64,000 nt of DNA from the human T2T-CHM13v2.0 reference genome, Homo sapiens. The position numbers and the translations under genes were made by a program. Shown here piece after piece: positions 13,159-27,202 of the stretch (positions are counted from its first letter, which is position 1; each line of letters opens with the position of its first letter). A model generated the notes under the pieces. That model searched no databases. It was not told the origin of the DNA and saw only the letters and a program-made list of their open reading frames with translations. The stretch lies in assembly GCF_009914755.1 (NCBI RefSeq), contig NC_060938.1. The stretch is one strand, 5' to 3'.

Positions 13159-14080
13159 AAAAAAAGAAAGGGAAAGGAAAGGAAAGGAAGCAAGCAAGAA
13201 AGAAAGAAATTAGCAAGGATGATGCTGTTCAAAGGTAGTCCTAGCTACAAGGTAGACTGAGGCAGGAAGATCGTTAGAGCCCAGGAGCTCGAAATTACAA
13301 TGAGCTATGATTGCACCACTGCACTCCAACCTGGGTGACAGAGCAAGACCCTGTCTCTAAAAAATAATGCAAGTCAAAACAAAATCAAACACAATGATTA
13401 AGTTGGAACCTCAGAAGTCTTCCTTTTAAAGTCTGGAACAAGACAAGAAAGTCAAAAGCAGTAAAAAGGCATTGGAAAGGAAGCAAAACATTGCCATTAT
13501 ATTTTAGATAATATGATTATATATGTAGAAATCCCAGGTTTAATGTTACAAATAAACATAAAATCTAGTATTTTCATTTTATAAAATTGATGTGTAAGAA
13601 TGAACAGTTTCTAGTGCACAAACAACAATCAGTTATTATTGGAATTTAGTTCCATATTTATGGAAAAACAAAAATATTGCATACATGGTAATAAGCAGTA
13701 AGTCGAAAGTATGGAAAGAGTATAATAAAACACTAATGAGTGACAAAATAAAATATGTTAATAAATGGAAACATGCATCATGATCCTGGATACAAAAGTT
13801 CATAAAGTTTTCAATATTTCCTAAACTGACTCCTCAATTTGTTGGGATACCAAATAAAATAAAAGATTAGTAAATGACAAACTGACAATAAATTCAATTG
13901 GGAAAAAATTCAAGAATAGTAAAGAAACCCATCAAAATTAAAACTTGATAGTTGGTACCACTTTAAGACATTTGAAAATGTATTATAAAGCTTGAATAAT
14001 GAAACAGGAATTGAAAATAAATCAAGAGGGTATACATCACTTATTTCAGTTCACAACATTACGAATTTTTAAAACCAAAG
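12600..14080 (+). mobile_element. Highly diverged L1M ORF2 fragments
   Basis: 'caaagtagggttgtttcaggaatgcaaggaatgtttaatatt', 'agataatatgattatatatgtagaaatccc' (RT ADD region), 'aataaatggaaacatgcatcatgatcctgga'. Confidence 0.6.
12920..13367 (+). mobile_element. AluJ with expanded (GAAA)n in the mid A-rich linker
   Basis: Left arm 12920-13038, purine microsatellite 13039-13208, J-type right arm 'gagctatgattgcaccactgcactccaacctgggtgacagagcaagaccctgtctc'. Confidence 0.9.
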
Positions 14081-14082
14081 AA

Positions 14083-14503
14083 TTTTTTTTTTTAATTATA
14101 CTTTAAGTTTTAGGGTACACGTGCACATTGTGCAGGTTAGTTACATATGTATACATGTGCCATGCTGGTGCACTACACCCACTAACTCGTCATCTAGCAT
14201 TAGGTATATCTCCCAATGCTATCCCTCCCCCCTCCCCCCACCCCACAACAGTCCCCAGAGTGTGATATTCCCCTTCCTGTGTCCATGTGATCTCATTGTT
14301 CAATTCCCACCTATGAGTGAGAATATGCGGTGTTTGGTTTTGTGTTCTTGCGATAGTTTACTGAGAATGATGATTTCCAATTTCATCCATGTCCCTACAA
14401 AGGACATGAACTCATCATTTTTTATGGCTGCATAGTATTCCATGGTGTATATGTGCCACATTTTCTTAATCCAGTCTATCACTGTTGGACATTTGGGTTG
14501 GTT
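14083..14503 (-). mobile_element. Young 5'-truncated L1 (L1PA2-like) 3' end
   Basis: Poly-T, then antisense 3' UTR. Reverse complement reads 'gcattgggagatatacctaatgctagatgacgagttagtggg' (GAG, not the Ta-type ACA) and 'caatgagatcacatgg'. Confidence 0.9.
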
Positions 14504-14758
14504 ATACTTACAAGAATTAAGGTACTCAACTATCCAGAGACAAGAAATGAATCACATTACAAGAATATTTAATTTTCCAGAATTTTATACACAGATTAAC
14601 AATATTAACCATCATACACCTTTAACCTATCATAATTAACCTTCATATAACTTTTCACATATGTGAAAAACTTACCACAGTTCACTTTCATTTCCCTCTC
14701 TTATTCTTGTCCTATTATATTTTACATCAAAATATGTTATAGATCCCCAAATTTATGA

Positions 14759-15083
<325 letters not shown>

Positions 15084-15260
15084 ACAATTATCTTTTACAG
15101 AGAAAAAAACTAAAAACAAAATCATATATTATTTTTACCCAGTTTATCATTTCCAGAATTCTTAATGTTTTAAGTAAATTTAGATTTTTATCTTGTGTAA
15201 TTTTTTTAAAGCTTCCTTGTATATTTCTTATAGTTTAGGTGTGCAGACAATTTCCTCAGC

Positions 15261-15262
<2 letters not shown>

Positions 15263-15298
<36 letters not shown>
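15263..15298. repeat. (TG)18 microsatellite
   Basis: Direct read. Confidence 0.95.
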
Positions 15299-15299
<1 letters not shown>

Positions 15300-15641
15300 A
15301 TGTCCCTCAATGGTAGCCTATCACCACCTTGTATTCATACAGGGCCCATAGCATGAATGGACTTCTCCAAGTACTCTTGTCAAACCTCAAACATTGACAA
15401 GTCTTGCTTACCTGTGCCTCTAAGAAGGGCTTTTCCATGTCTCCTACCTTTTCACCAGTCTTTCTCTTGAATACCTGATAAAAGCCCATAAAAAAATACT
15501 AGTGAGTGATTGGATGCATCCCTCTTTCTGGGGTTCTCAGGATTCTAAAATGTCTCAATTTTATAAAATCTACTTTAAATTTGGCTCTATATTATCCAGG
15601 TAATGCAATCTAGCCTCTTATAGTCTTAAGGATTTCAAAAA

Positions 15642-16520
15642 TACTAATTTGCCTTCCCACCAACAGTGTGTAAGTGCTCCCTTTTGTCCTTATCCTTGAC
15701 AACGTCCATTATTTTGTGAATTTTTAATGACAGCAATTCTGAAAGGTATAAGACAGTAGTTTTAATCTGCATTTCTCTGATAATTAGCGGTGGTGAGCAT
15801 TTTTTCATATGCTTGTTGGTAGTTTGCATGTCTTCTTTTAAAAAATGTCTGTTCATTTTCTTTGCCCACTTTTTAATGGTTATTTGTTCCTTGCTGTTGC
15901 TGAGTTGTTTGAGTTCCTCATTAATTCTGGATATTAGTCCCTTGTGGAAAACAGTATGAAGATTTCTCAAAGAATTAAAAAATAGAATTGCCATTCAATC
16001 CAGCTATGACACTACTGGGTATCTACCCCCTGAAAAAAATTATGTGCAAAAGATAACCTGCACTCACATGTTTATCGCAACACTATTCACAATAGCAAAG
16101 ACGTGGACTCAACCTAAGTGTCCAACAATAGATAATCACAGAAAGAAAATATAAAATGTATATACAATAGAATACTACTCAGCCATAAAAATGAATGAAA
16201 TCACATATTTTGCAGCAACCTGGATGGACCTTGAGGCTTTTATCTTAAGTGAAACAACTGAGACACAGGAAGTCAAATATTGCATATTTTCACTTAGAAG
16301 TGGGAACTAAATAAGGTATACACACGGACATAGAGTGTGGAATAATAGACACTGGAGACTTGTAAGGGTGGAAGGGTGCTAGAGGTGTGAGGAACGAGAA
16401 ATTACTTAATGGGTTCAATGTAACGTTATTCAGGTCATGGTTACACTAGAAGCTCAGACTTCATCACTATGCAATACTCACATAACAAAACTGTACTTGC
16501 ACCCCTTAAATTTATACAAA
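15642..16520 (+). mobile_element. L1MA-type element with 5' inversion (inverted 15642-15945, sense 15943-16520)
   Basis: Antisense ORF2 piece (ORF 15644..15994 -) abuts a sense 3' end with an L1MA1-3-like UTR 'tggttacactagaagctcagacttcatcactatgc...ccccttaaatttatacaaa'. Confidence 0.85.
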
Positions 16521-16993
16521 TGTTAATATTTTTAAACACTTTAAATTCTGTTTAAATTTCTTATTAAATTTAATTAAAATAATCAAATCAGTAAATTTAA
16601 ACTCCTTATTATGAGAAATAATCTTCCCTACAACATAATAGAGCAAAAATATTTCAATTTTATTTGCTACTCACTGTCACCCTGGAAATATTGTGCCAGA
16701 CACGTTAATAGAATATCCATAAATTTTTAAACAAATTTATCTTTGGTTGTATTTTTAAGTAGTGAATACTAAAGTTATACAGTTTCCTAACTGTAGTAGA
16801 CAGAAACCAGCTCAGCTTTAACATATTTGACATGATACATTTTGTATCTGAGGATCCATCTGAGATTACCAGGCCATAATAAATACAAAAATTTTACTTA
16901 AATCCAACTGTGTAAAATAAGATGTAAAAGTTAACGAAGTCTTCGGCTGTAAAAAACTACTCCCTCACCCAAAAAAAATAAGTAACTTTTAAA

Positions 16994-17161
16994 CCAGTGG
17001 TTATCAAACTGCTTCGTGTTAGAGCTATTTGGGGAGCTTTGAAGATTCCCAATGCATTCTATATAAGTTTAATCATAATCTCTAGGGATAGAACCCTGGC
17101 ATCTCAGATATTCAAAACTCTTCAGGAATGTTCATTCTGCAGTCAAGTTTAAGGGCCAGTG
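16994..17161. mobile_element. MER5A-like hAT DNA transposon
   Basis: 'ccagtggttatcaaact...ggggagcttt...ctgcagtcaagtttaagggccagtgg' with degenerate terminal inverted ends. Confidence 0.6.
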
Positions 17162-17550
17162 GCTTAAACAAGATAGGAGGTAATTCTCTGTTATGTAAAA
17201 AGCAGTTTGGAGTTTATCTGCAGCTATACACAGTCCTCAGGGACTCAGACTTCTCTTTTTCCACAGTTCTATCTTTAAGAGCCTAGCTTTTATCTTCAAA
17301 GTCACTTCAGTGTCAAAAATGACTCTTAAATCTCCAGCGATTATACTCGTGCTTCAGTCAAGCAATAGGAGAAAGTAGGAGAGGAAAAAAAAAAAAAAAA
17401 AAAAAGCTTTGAGCTCCTTCCACTTATGGAACCTTCCCTGAAGTCCTACCTAGCTTATGCTTTTATATAAGTGAGCAGAAGTTGGACATATGAACAAACC
17501 TAGCAGCAATGAAAGCTGGGAAACATTTTCTTCTAGCTGGTCACATTACT
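17162..17550 (-). mobile_element. Ancient MLT1-type LTR fragment
   Basis: 'ggcttaaacaagatag' and 'cctagcagcaatgaaagctgggaaacattttc' resemble antisense MLT1J/K. Confidence 0.4.
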
Positions 17551-18066
17551 CAGTTTTCTCTTACAAAACAGATGAATGCTGCACCCAAGAACAGCCTTTT
17601 ACATACCAGGCTTAACTCACTGCCAAAATGTTTCCATTCATCCTTCACATATTGGAATTATAAAAAATATTTTATATCAGGAAAACTTCTGAACTGATGG
17701 GATAGCTGAAATGCCTTTTTTTAAACTATTTTCTTTCTGGCCCAAGTTAATGTTGTATTATATTTTTCCCCAGTTTCTTTATTCCATTGAAATAAGATCC
17801 TTTTTAATCCTTATTAAAATGAATGAAGGAAAGATAAATTAATTCTCAAAATTGACAACACGTGGGGTAGAAAGTTAGCAATATATCTGAAGAAATTCAT
17901 AAGTATAGATATAGACCAAGTATTTTATTATCTTTGATGAGTCGGTCAAGCTCCCAAGTATGCAAGTTGACATTCAAAAGTAAGTTCGTAGGTATTATTA
18001 GAAAGGTGTTCATCTGTGTATGTTTCTAGATATAAGTAAGATATTTATTCATCCATCATGAGTTAC

Positions 18067-18137
18067 CTTTCCAAATATTCATCTCTTTTATATTTTTGAG
18101 ACAATAAAGTTTGAATTCCAGTTTTGTCACTTAGTAT
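18067..18137 (-). other. Candidate minus-strand exon (71 nt)
   Basis: 'gtgtag|' ... '|gtaact'. Open as ILSDKTGIQTLLSQKYKRDEYLE. The acceptor is weak. Confidence 0.12.
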
Positions 18138-19054
18138 CTACACATCTTTTTCATGCAAGAAAACACAACACATTGTTATAAAATTCATATATAACCCTTC
18201 CTTCTTATTCTCCCTGCAAACTCATGAAAGCTCTAGTCATTGGCTAAAGAAGAAGCAGTTCAATAACAAGCAAGAGAATAGAAACAGAAAGATTGAATGT
18301 TATTCTTTTTTTTTTTCATAAAGTTAAGGGAAAATGGGATTCAATTCCATTTGCACTTAAAAGGACCCTTTAATATTGCTCCATGTAGCATTTTGAATAC
18401 CTCTAAGTCAGGTAAGTAAAATAAATCTCCCTGTAGGCTAAGATGAAAAAATATTTATTTCATAACTTTGAATTTTTATTAAAATGATGAAAAAATTTTG
18501 CACCCATGGACCATACACATTGTTCAAAACTCTTAACACTAAAAACTTTTCATAACTAAATGCTGTTAATAAAATTACATGTTATAATTTGTTAGATAGA
18601 AATTTTATCTAAACAATGTATGTGCAAGTCAGATAACATTTTTAGTAAAAAATTATTCAAAGCAATAAACTAAAAAGAATATAATTCTTCCAAATAATAT
18701 GAACCAAATTACTTTCTAGTAGGCAACACAAGATGCCACATAATTTGTTTTATTACAGAAAAATAAATGTATTTTCCGAGCTTAAGACTGAATTTTTAGA
18801 GCAATAGAATTAAAGTGCTAATTAACACATACCTGGCACAGCTTGACTAGGACACAACTTCCAAAATAACTTTTTTGAACTTTTAGAAAATATTATGCAA
18901 TATCAAAGAAAATCCTGGTCCAGATCAAAGTGAAGACTAATTTAAAAGTTCATTTGAATTTTTAGTTTTTAAATCTAGTCAAAGATACCATATTTTATTG
19001 ATACTCAATTAAATTAGAATGAAAACTAGGAACCAACAAGTTTGACCCTCATGC

Positions 19055-19112
19055 CTCTGAATCTAATTGTTTGTTGTAGCCTTCACGAGTTGAAATCTCA
19101 CATTTGTTGAGA
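19055..19112 (-). other. Candidate minus-strand exon
   Basis: Strong acceptor 'ctttcatgtttttctttgttag|'. Phase-compatible with 19581-19671, reading SLNKCEISTREGYNKQLDSE, then either a GC donor or a stop at 19049-19051. Confidence 0.15.
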
Positions 19113-19580
19113 CTAACAAAGAAAAACATGAAAGTTGTGTTTTAATATTATAATATTATAGATGCCCTCAAAATGTTATTTAAAATGTTAAAAATATTCT
19201 ATGAGCAACTTAAAGACATATTTGAAAAATATTTATGTTAATATGCATATCAGCAGTTAGACAAAAGAACCAAAATATATTAACAGTTTACAATCTCAAC
19301 TCAAAAGATTTCGTTCAAAAACTGGTAAGGAATGGCACTATGCTTGAAATTAACTGTAGCTCTTAGGTATATCTAGCTCTCAGGTATATATACAGATTCT
19401 CATAAAATATTTGGGTTCCTGAAGCTTAGGAGTCCTCTTTTGTGATGCAATCCACAGTGTGTGTACAGGTGTCACTGACTCTGTTTATATCACCTTGTGG
19501 GAATTGGGGCTCAGAGAATTGGCATAAAAATGTTGATATTCTTGATACTGTTATTGTTTTGATAATGGACCATTCTTTAC

Positions 19581-19671
19581 CTCTGGTTATAGAGTCTTCC
19601 ACTAGCATCAGTAAAATTGTAGCAGGTTAATTTGCATGGCAAAGTGTCAGACCCATCACAATTCTTGACAT
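19581..19671 (-). other. Candidate minus-strand exon (91 nt), Cys-rich peptide
   Basis: Perfect TACTAAC (19715-19721) about 45 nt upstream of 'ccag|'. Donor 'gag|gtaaag'. The only open frame is VKNCDGSDTLPCKLTCYNFTDASGRLYNQ, bounded by stops just outside both splice sites. Confidence 0.25.
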
Positions 19672-20216
19672 CTGGTTCCGTTTAAAAATACGTAATTTAA
19701 AAGCTTAGCTATATGTTAGTAGGCTACATTTTAGAAACTTTATATATCATGTGTAGCTTTTTATCATTAGAAGATGTAGAAAATGTATTTAGCTAAAAAA
19801 AAATCTCAAATTCAATAATCCAGAGATTTGATGTATTTAGTTTCACATATTTTTGGATTTCTAGTTTTAAATTATAATTTAAGTAATACTACAAGTAATA
19901 TTTTGGTCTACTGATTTAGACTTATTACTACATGTAAAGTTTTTAAAATTTAGCCTATAACCATAAAACTAAGCTTTATATTATATAAAATGCACCCACA
20001 ATGGTGATTTCAGAAAATACTATGTGCTCTTTGCAGCCCAATTGAATAATTTTAGAGATTTTATATATATATACATATATATATATAAATAAAACCATCC
20101 TGTGGAGACTAGAAACACATACATTAAGCTTACAATTTTATCATAATGACACGAAAGGCCATACAAAATTGAATCATGTTAGAGATTTGCAAAATATAAT
20201 TCTTACACTTCCCAAC

Positions 20217-20522
20217 TTTGTTTGTTCTTTGAGACAGAGTCTTGCTCTGTCGCCAGGCTGGAGCACAGTGGCGCGATCTCAGCTTATTGCAACCTCTGAC
20301 TCCCTGGTTCAAGCAACTAATTCTCTTGCCGCAGATTCCCGAGTAGCTAGGATTACAGGCACGCACCACCATGCCCAGATAATTTTTGAATTTTTTTTTT
20401 TTTTTGTAGAGTCGGGGTTTCCTTATGTTGGCCAGGATGGTCTCGATCTCCTGACCTCGTGATGTGCCCACCTCTGCCTCCCACAGTGCTCGGATTATAG
20501 GCGTGAACCACAACACGCAGCC
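20217..20522 (-). mobile_element. AluS (Sc-like)
   Basis: Antisense dimer with 'ctgtcgccaggctgg' and 'gatggtctcgatctcctgacctcgtgat'. Confidence 0.88.
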
Positions 20523-21257
20523 GAACAAATTTTATTAAGTAAATCAATAAAAATTTATTTCCCTTACATAAGGACCTACAGTTAATAATCAATGTTCTCA
20601 TAGAGATTTGAATTTTCTCTATATTTACAAATACACAATTGACACTATAGAACAATAATTAATTGCCCTATTTTCTCCTACAGTATGTTTTAAATAGATC
20701 GCACATGGCCTAAGAGAGTTAGAGATTGTTCTAATCACACAACTGTACTCTAGAAAGTAACATTACTGCTGAATAAAATAATGCTTGTGTATAAAGAAAA
20801 ATTTGGAAAATAGCAATCAGAATTGAGTTGCCCTTTCTGGATGTAAAGAAAAAGATACACTAAAAACAGAAAAATGTTTATCACAGGAAAATCTGAAACA
20901 AGTATTAACAACTGGGAAATAAATAAAATATCTTCTGTCCTTACCACAAACAAAATAGAACTATCAATTAAATTATACTGAATTTCACATCAGAGAACCA
21001 ATTTCAGTGAATACCTTCATAGTGATTACAACCTATGTATAAGGAGTGGCTTCATTAGATGATTATATGGCTTTTGTTAGAAATTTTTAAATTAAAGTCT
21101 TCGTAATAGGGTGAATTTATGAAAGGCCTCCATGTTTTTCTTGTTTCTATAATTCAGTAGTTAGCAATAAAATAATGTTTTTCCCATTAAGTATTTTTAA
21201 AATAATGTTTACTTGTTTCAAAAAATTATGTTTCGAAAAAATATATTGAAAATTATA

Positions 21258-24218
<2,961 letters not shown>

Positions 24219-25571
24219 GAAAATTATATTGACAAGAATTCTGGTAAAGGTAACTTCTAACAGAGTCCCTCCTTGAAACCAACCCTAAGTGAGAAGAGAA
24301 GAGAAAGATTGGTGAAAAAGGAATACAGAAGCCAAAAGATGAATGTAGAGAATGTTCTTACTCCATGTCACAAATATTTAAGGAATCCTTCCAGGTACCA
24401 AATACATAATTCTAAATAAAAGACTATCCAAGGATTCAATGGGAACCCAGTTAGAGGAATTTCTGGTCATTCCTACTGTACCCCCTTATTTAAGAAAGTG
24501 AAATCTAGAAACTCTAGCAAACCAAGGAAAATAAAGTCATTCCTATTTAATACACTTTCTTATGTACCAGATAAAGAAATGAAAATTTAAAATGAGTTCT
24601 AGTGGTTTGCTCTAATACTATTTCTTAATAGGAAAATGGGGATGCATAAGTAAGTGGGGAGCAGAATTTCTCAACTATGGATGGTAAAAAGAATTGAAGT
24701 CTAGAAATTTGACAGACATTAGAAAGATAGTCTCAATATGCCCATAGCTATTTTCTGCACTAAGAACTAAAAGAGGAAGAGAAGGTTATGCTGATAGGAA
24801 AACCCAAGTGGTCACCCAAACCAAAAACCCACAGGAAGTAGTAGCCGTAACGGTTTATTTCACCAATAATTAATAGACAACTTAAAAGAGATGTGACAAA
24901 ACAAGTGCTCTCAAAACTAGAGAGAGGAGTACCATGGATAAAAATTGAACAGAACCACACTGTGTACATGGAGTAGAAACATGAATGAATGAAACTCTAG
25001 CTATTAAACAATGGCTCCTAGTGCATTAGTTAACATAGAGAAAAACTAGGTCAGTATTGAGTTCTACCCAAATCTGGAACTGCCCAGAATCTCAGTTTCT
25101 TCCTCAGAACCTCTTGACATTAAATGGTATAATGAAAATATTTACTACAAAACTCCCTTCTTAAGTTCTAAGAAAATAATTCAGATAAATAGAGAGGTAT
25201 ATAAAAATGGGTCTCCACACAAAATGACCTATACTATTTTTAAGCAAAGACCAGCTTGGGCTGAAAAATTGAGAATCAAAAAATAGGAAAGTGGAAGATC
25301 ATGCAAAACCTTTGAAACAAAAATTAAGGAATAATACCTCTCTTGAGAAATGAGATTAAAAGTATAAATGTGAATACCAGAAAAAGCCTGAATAGTGAAT
25401 AATGGGAAAGGAGAAAAATGATAAGGAGAGAGTTTAGGACTAAACAGTAGAAGGATGGGAAAGGGGAAAGAATTAGAAAGAGGAGAAGTAAGAAACAAAA
25501 TAAAACAAAGCATGGGAAAAAAAGAAAGAGAGAAAAAGAAAATATCTCTAGCTTGTGAAAGAAGAGATTCT

Positions 25572-26780
25572 CATAAATTTGTTTGAGTTCATTGTAGATT
25601 CTGGATATTAGTCCTTTGTCAGATGAGTAGGTTGCAAAAATTTTCTCCCATTCTGTAGGTTGCCTGTTCACTCTGATGATGGTTTCTTTTGCTGTGCAGA
25701 AGCTCTGTAGTTTAATTAGATCCCATTTGTCAATTTTGGCTTTTGTTGCCATTGCCTTTGGTGTTTTAGACATGAAGTCCTTGCCCAAGCCTATGTCCTG
25801 AAAGGTATTGCCTAGGTTTTCTTCTAGGGTTTTTATGGTTTTAGGTCTAACATGTAAGTCTTTAATCCATCTTGAATTAATTTTTGTATAAGGTGTAAGG
25901 AAGGGATCCAGTTTCAGCTTTAGAAAAAAACAAAGAACCCCATCAAAAAGTGGGCAAAGGATATGAACAGACACTTCTCAAAAGAAGACATTTATGCAGC
26001 CAAAAAACACATGAAAAAATGCTCATCATCACTGGCCATCAGAGAAATGCAAATCAAAACCACAATGAGATACCATCTCACACCAGTTAGAATGGCGATC
26101 ATTAAAAAGTCAGGAAACAACTAGTGCTGGAGAGGATGTGGAGAAATAGGAAGACTTTTACACTGTTGGTGGGACTGTAAACTAGTTCAACCATTGTGGA
26201 AGTTGGTGTGGCGATTCCTCAGGGATCTAGAACTAGAAATACCATTCAACTCAGCCATCCCATTACTGGGTATATACCCAAAGGATTATAAATCATGCTG
26301 CTATAAAGACACATGCACACGTATGTTTACTGCGGCACTATTCACAATAGCAAAGACTTGGAACCAACCAAATGTCCAACAATGATAGACTGGATTAAGA
26401 AAATGTGGCACATATACACCATGGAATACTATGCAGCCATAAAAAATGATGAGTTCATGTCCTTTGTAGGGACATGGATGAAGCTGGAAACCATCATTCT
26501 CAGCAAACTATCACAAGGACAAAAAAACCAAACACCGCACGTTCTCACTCATAGGTGGGAATTGAACAATGAGAACACATGGACACAGGAAGGGGAACAT
26601 CACACACCAGGGCCTGTTGTGTGGTCGGGGGAGTGGGGAGGGATAGCATTAGGAGATATACCTAATGTAAATGATGAGTTAACGGGTGCAGCATACCAAC
26701 ATGGCACATGTATACATATGTAACAAACCTGCACATTGTGCACATGTACCCTAGAACTTAAAGTGTAATAATAATAAAAA
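25572..26780 (+). mobile_element. L1PA (about L1PA4) with 5' inversion (inverted 25572-25921, sense 25922-26780)
   Basis: 15-bp TSD 'gaaagaagagattct' (25557-25571 / 26781-26795) brackets both pieces. Confidence 0.96.
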
Positions 26781-26867
26781 GAAAGAAGAGATTCTTAAGG
26801 AAGCAGAATCACAGAGGGGGAAAAAAGCCAACAAACTCTGTGTACCCTAATTTGTTTCCTTAACTTT

Positions 26868-27202
26868 CAAAAAATTTATTTTATTTTCAATTCACACCTA
26901 AAAATTGTGACAGTAAAGGACAACCAAATCTTGTCTTTTTCTTTAAGGACATATTTAGCCTTGGGTTAACTTTCTATTTCTGTTTCCTTGGAAACTTGAT
27001 AAATTATAATGTCAGCTGTATTACCAGGGAAGGTTTCTTATGGTAAAAATGGCCACTGATTGATAAGTTACATTTGACTTGAAGTATGGATGGTTTAATG
27101 GTAAATTGTCTATATGTATTGTGTACAACATGAAGTTTTAATACATATATACACACTGTGGAATAGCTAAATAAAGCTAATTAACATATGTATTACATCG
27201 TA
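26868..27202 (-). mobile_element. Short L1MA-type 3' tip, interrupted by duplication B
   Basis: 'ttcaattcacacctaaaaattgt'...'ctatatgtattgtgtacaacatg...ctgtggaatagctaaataaagctaattaacatatg'. TSD tgtttccttaacttt / tgttttcttaacttt (26853-26867 / 27203-27217). Confidence 0.7.
26907..27107 (+). repeat. Copy of local duplication B (templated insertion)
   Basis: 201-bp direct copy of 29091-29291, about 13 substitutions by manual alignment. Confidence 0.95.

Noticed and set aside
12384-13260. Lys/Glu/Arg-rich and Phe/Leu/Ser-rich ORFs
   Set aside because: Translations of purine microsatellites and Alu sequence.
25324-25974. 216-aa ORF with hydrophobic tail as a novel L1-fusion protein
   Set aside because: Artefact of the 5' inversion reading into low-complexity flank. 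No promoter or splice support.
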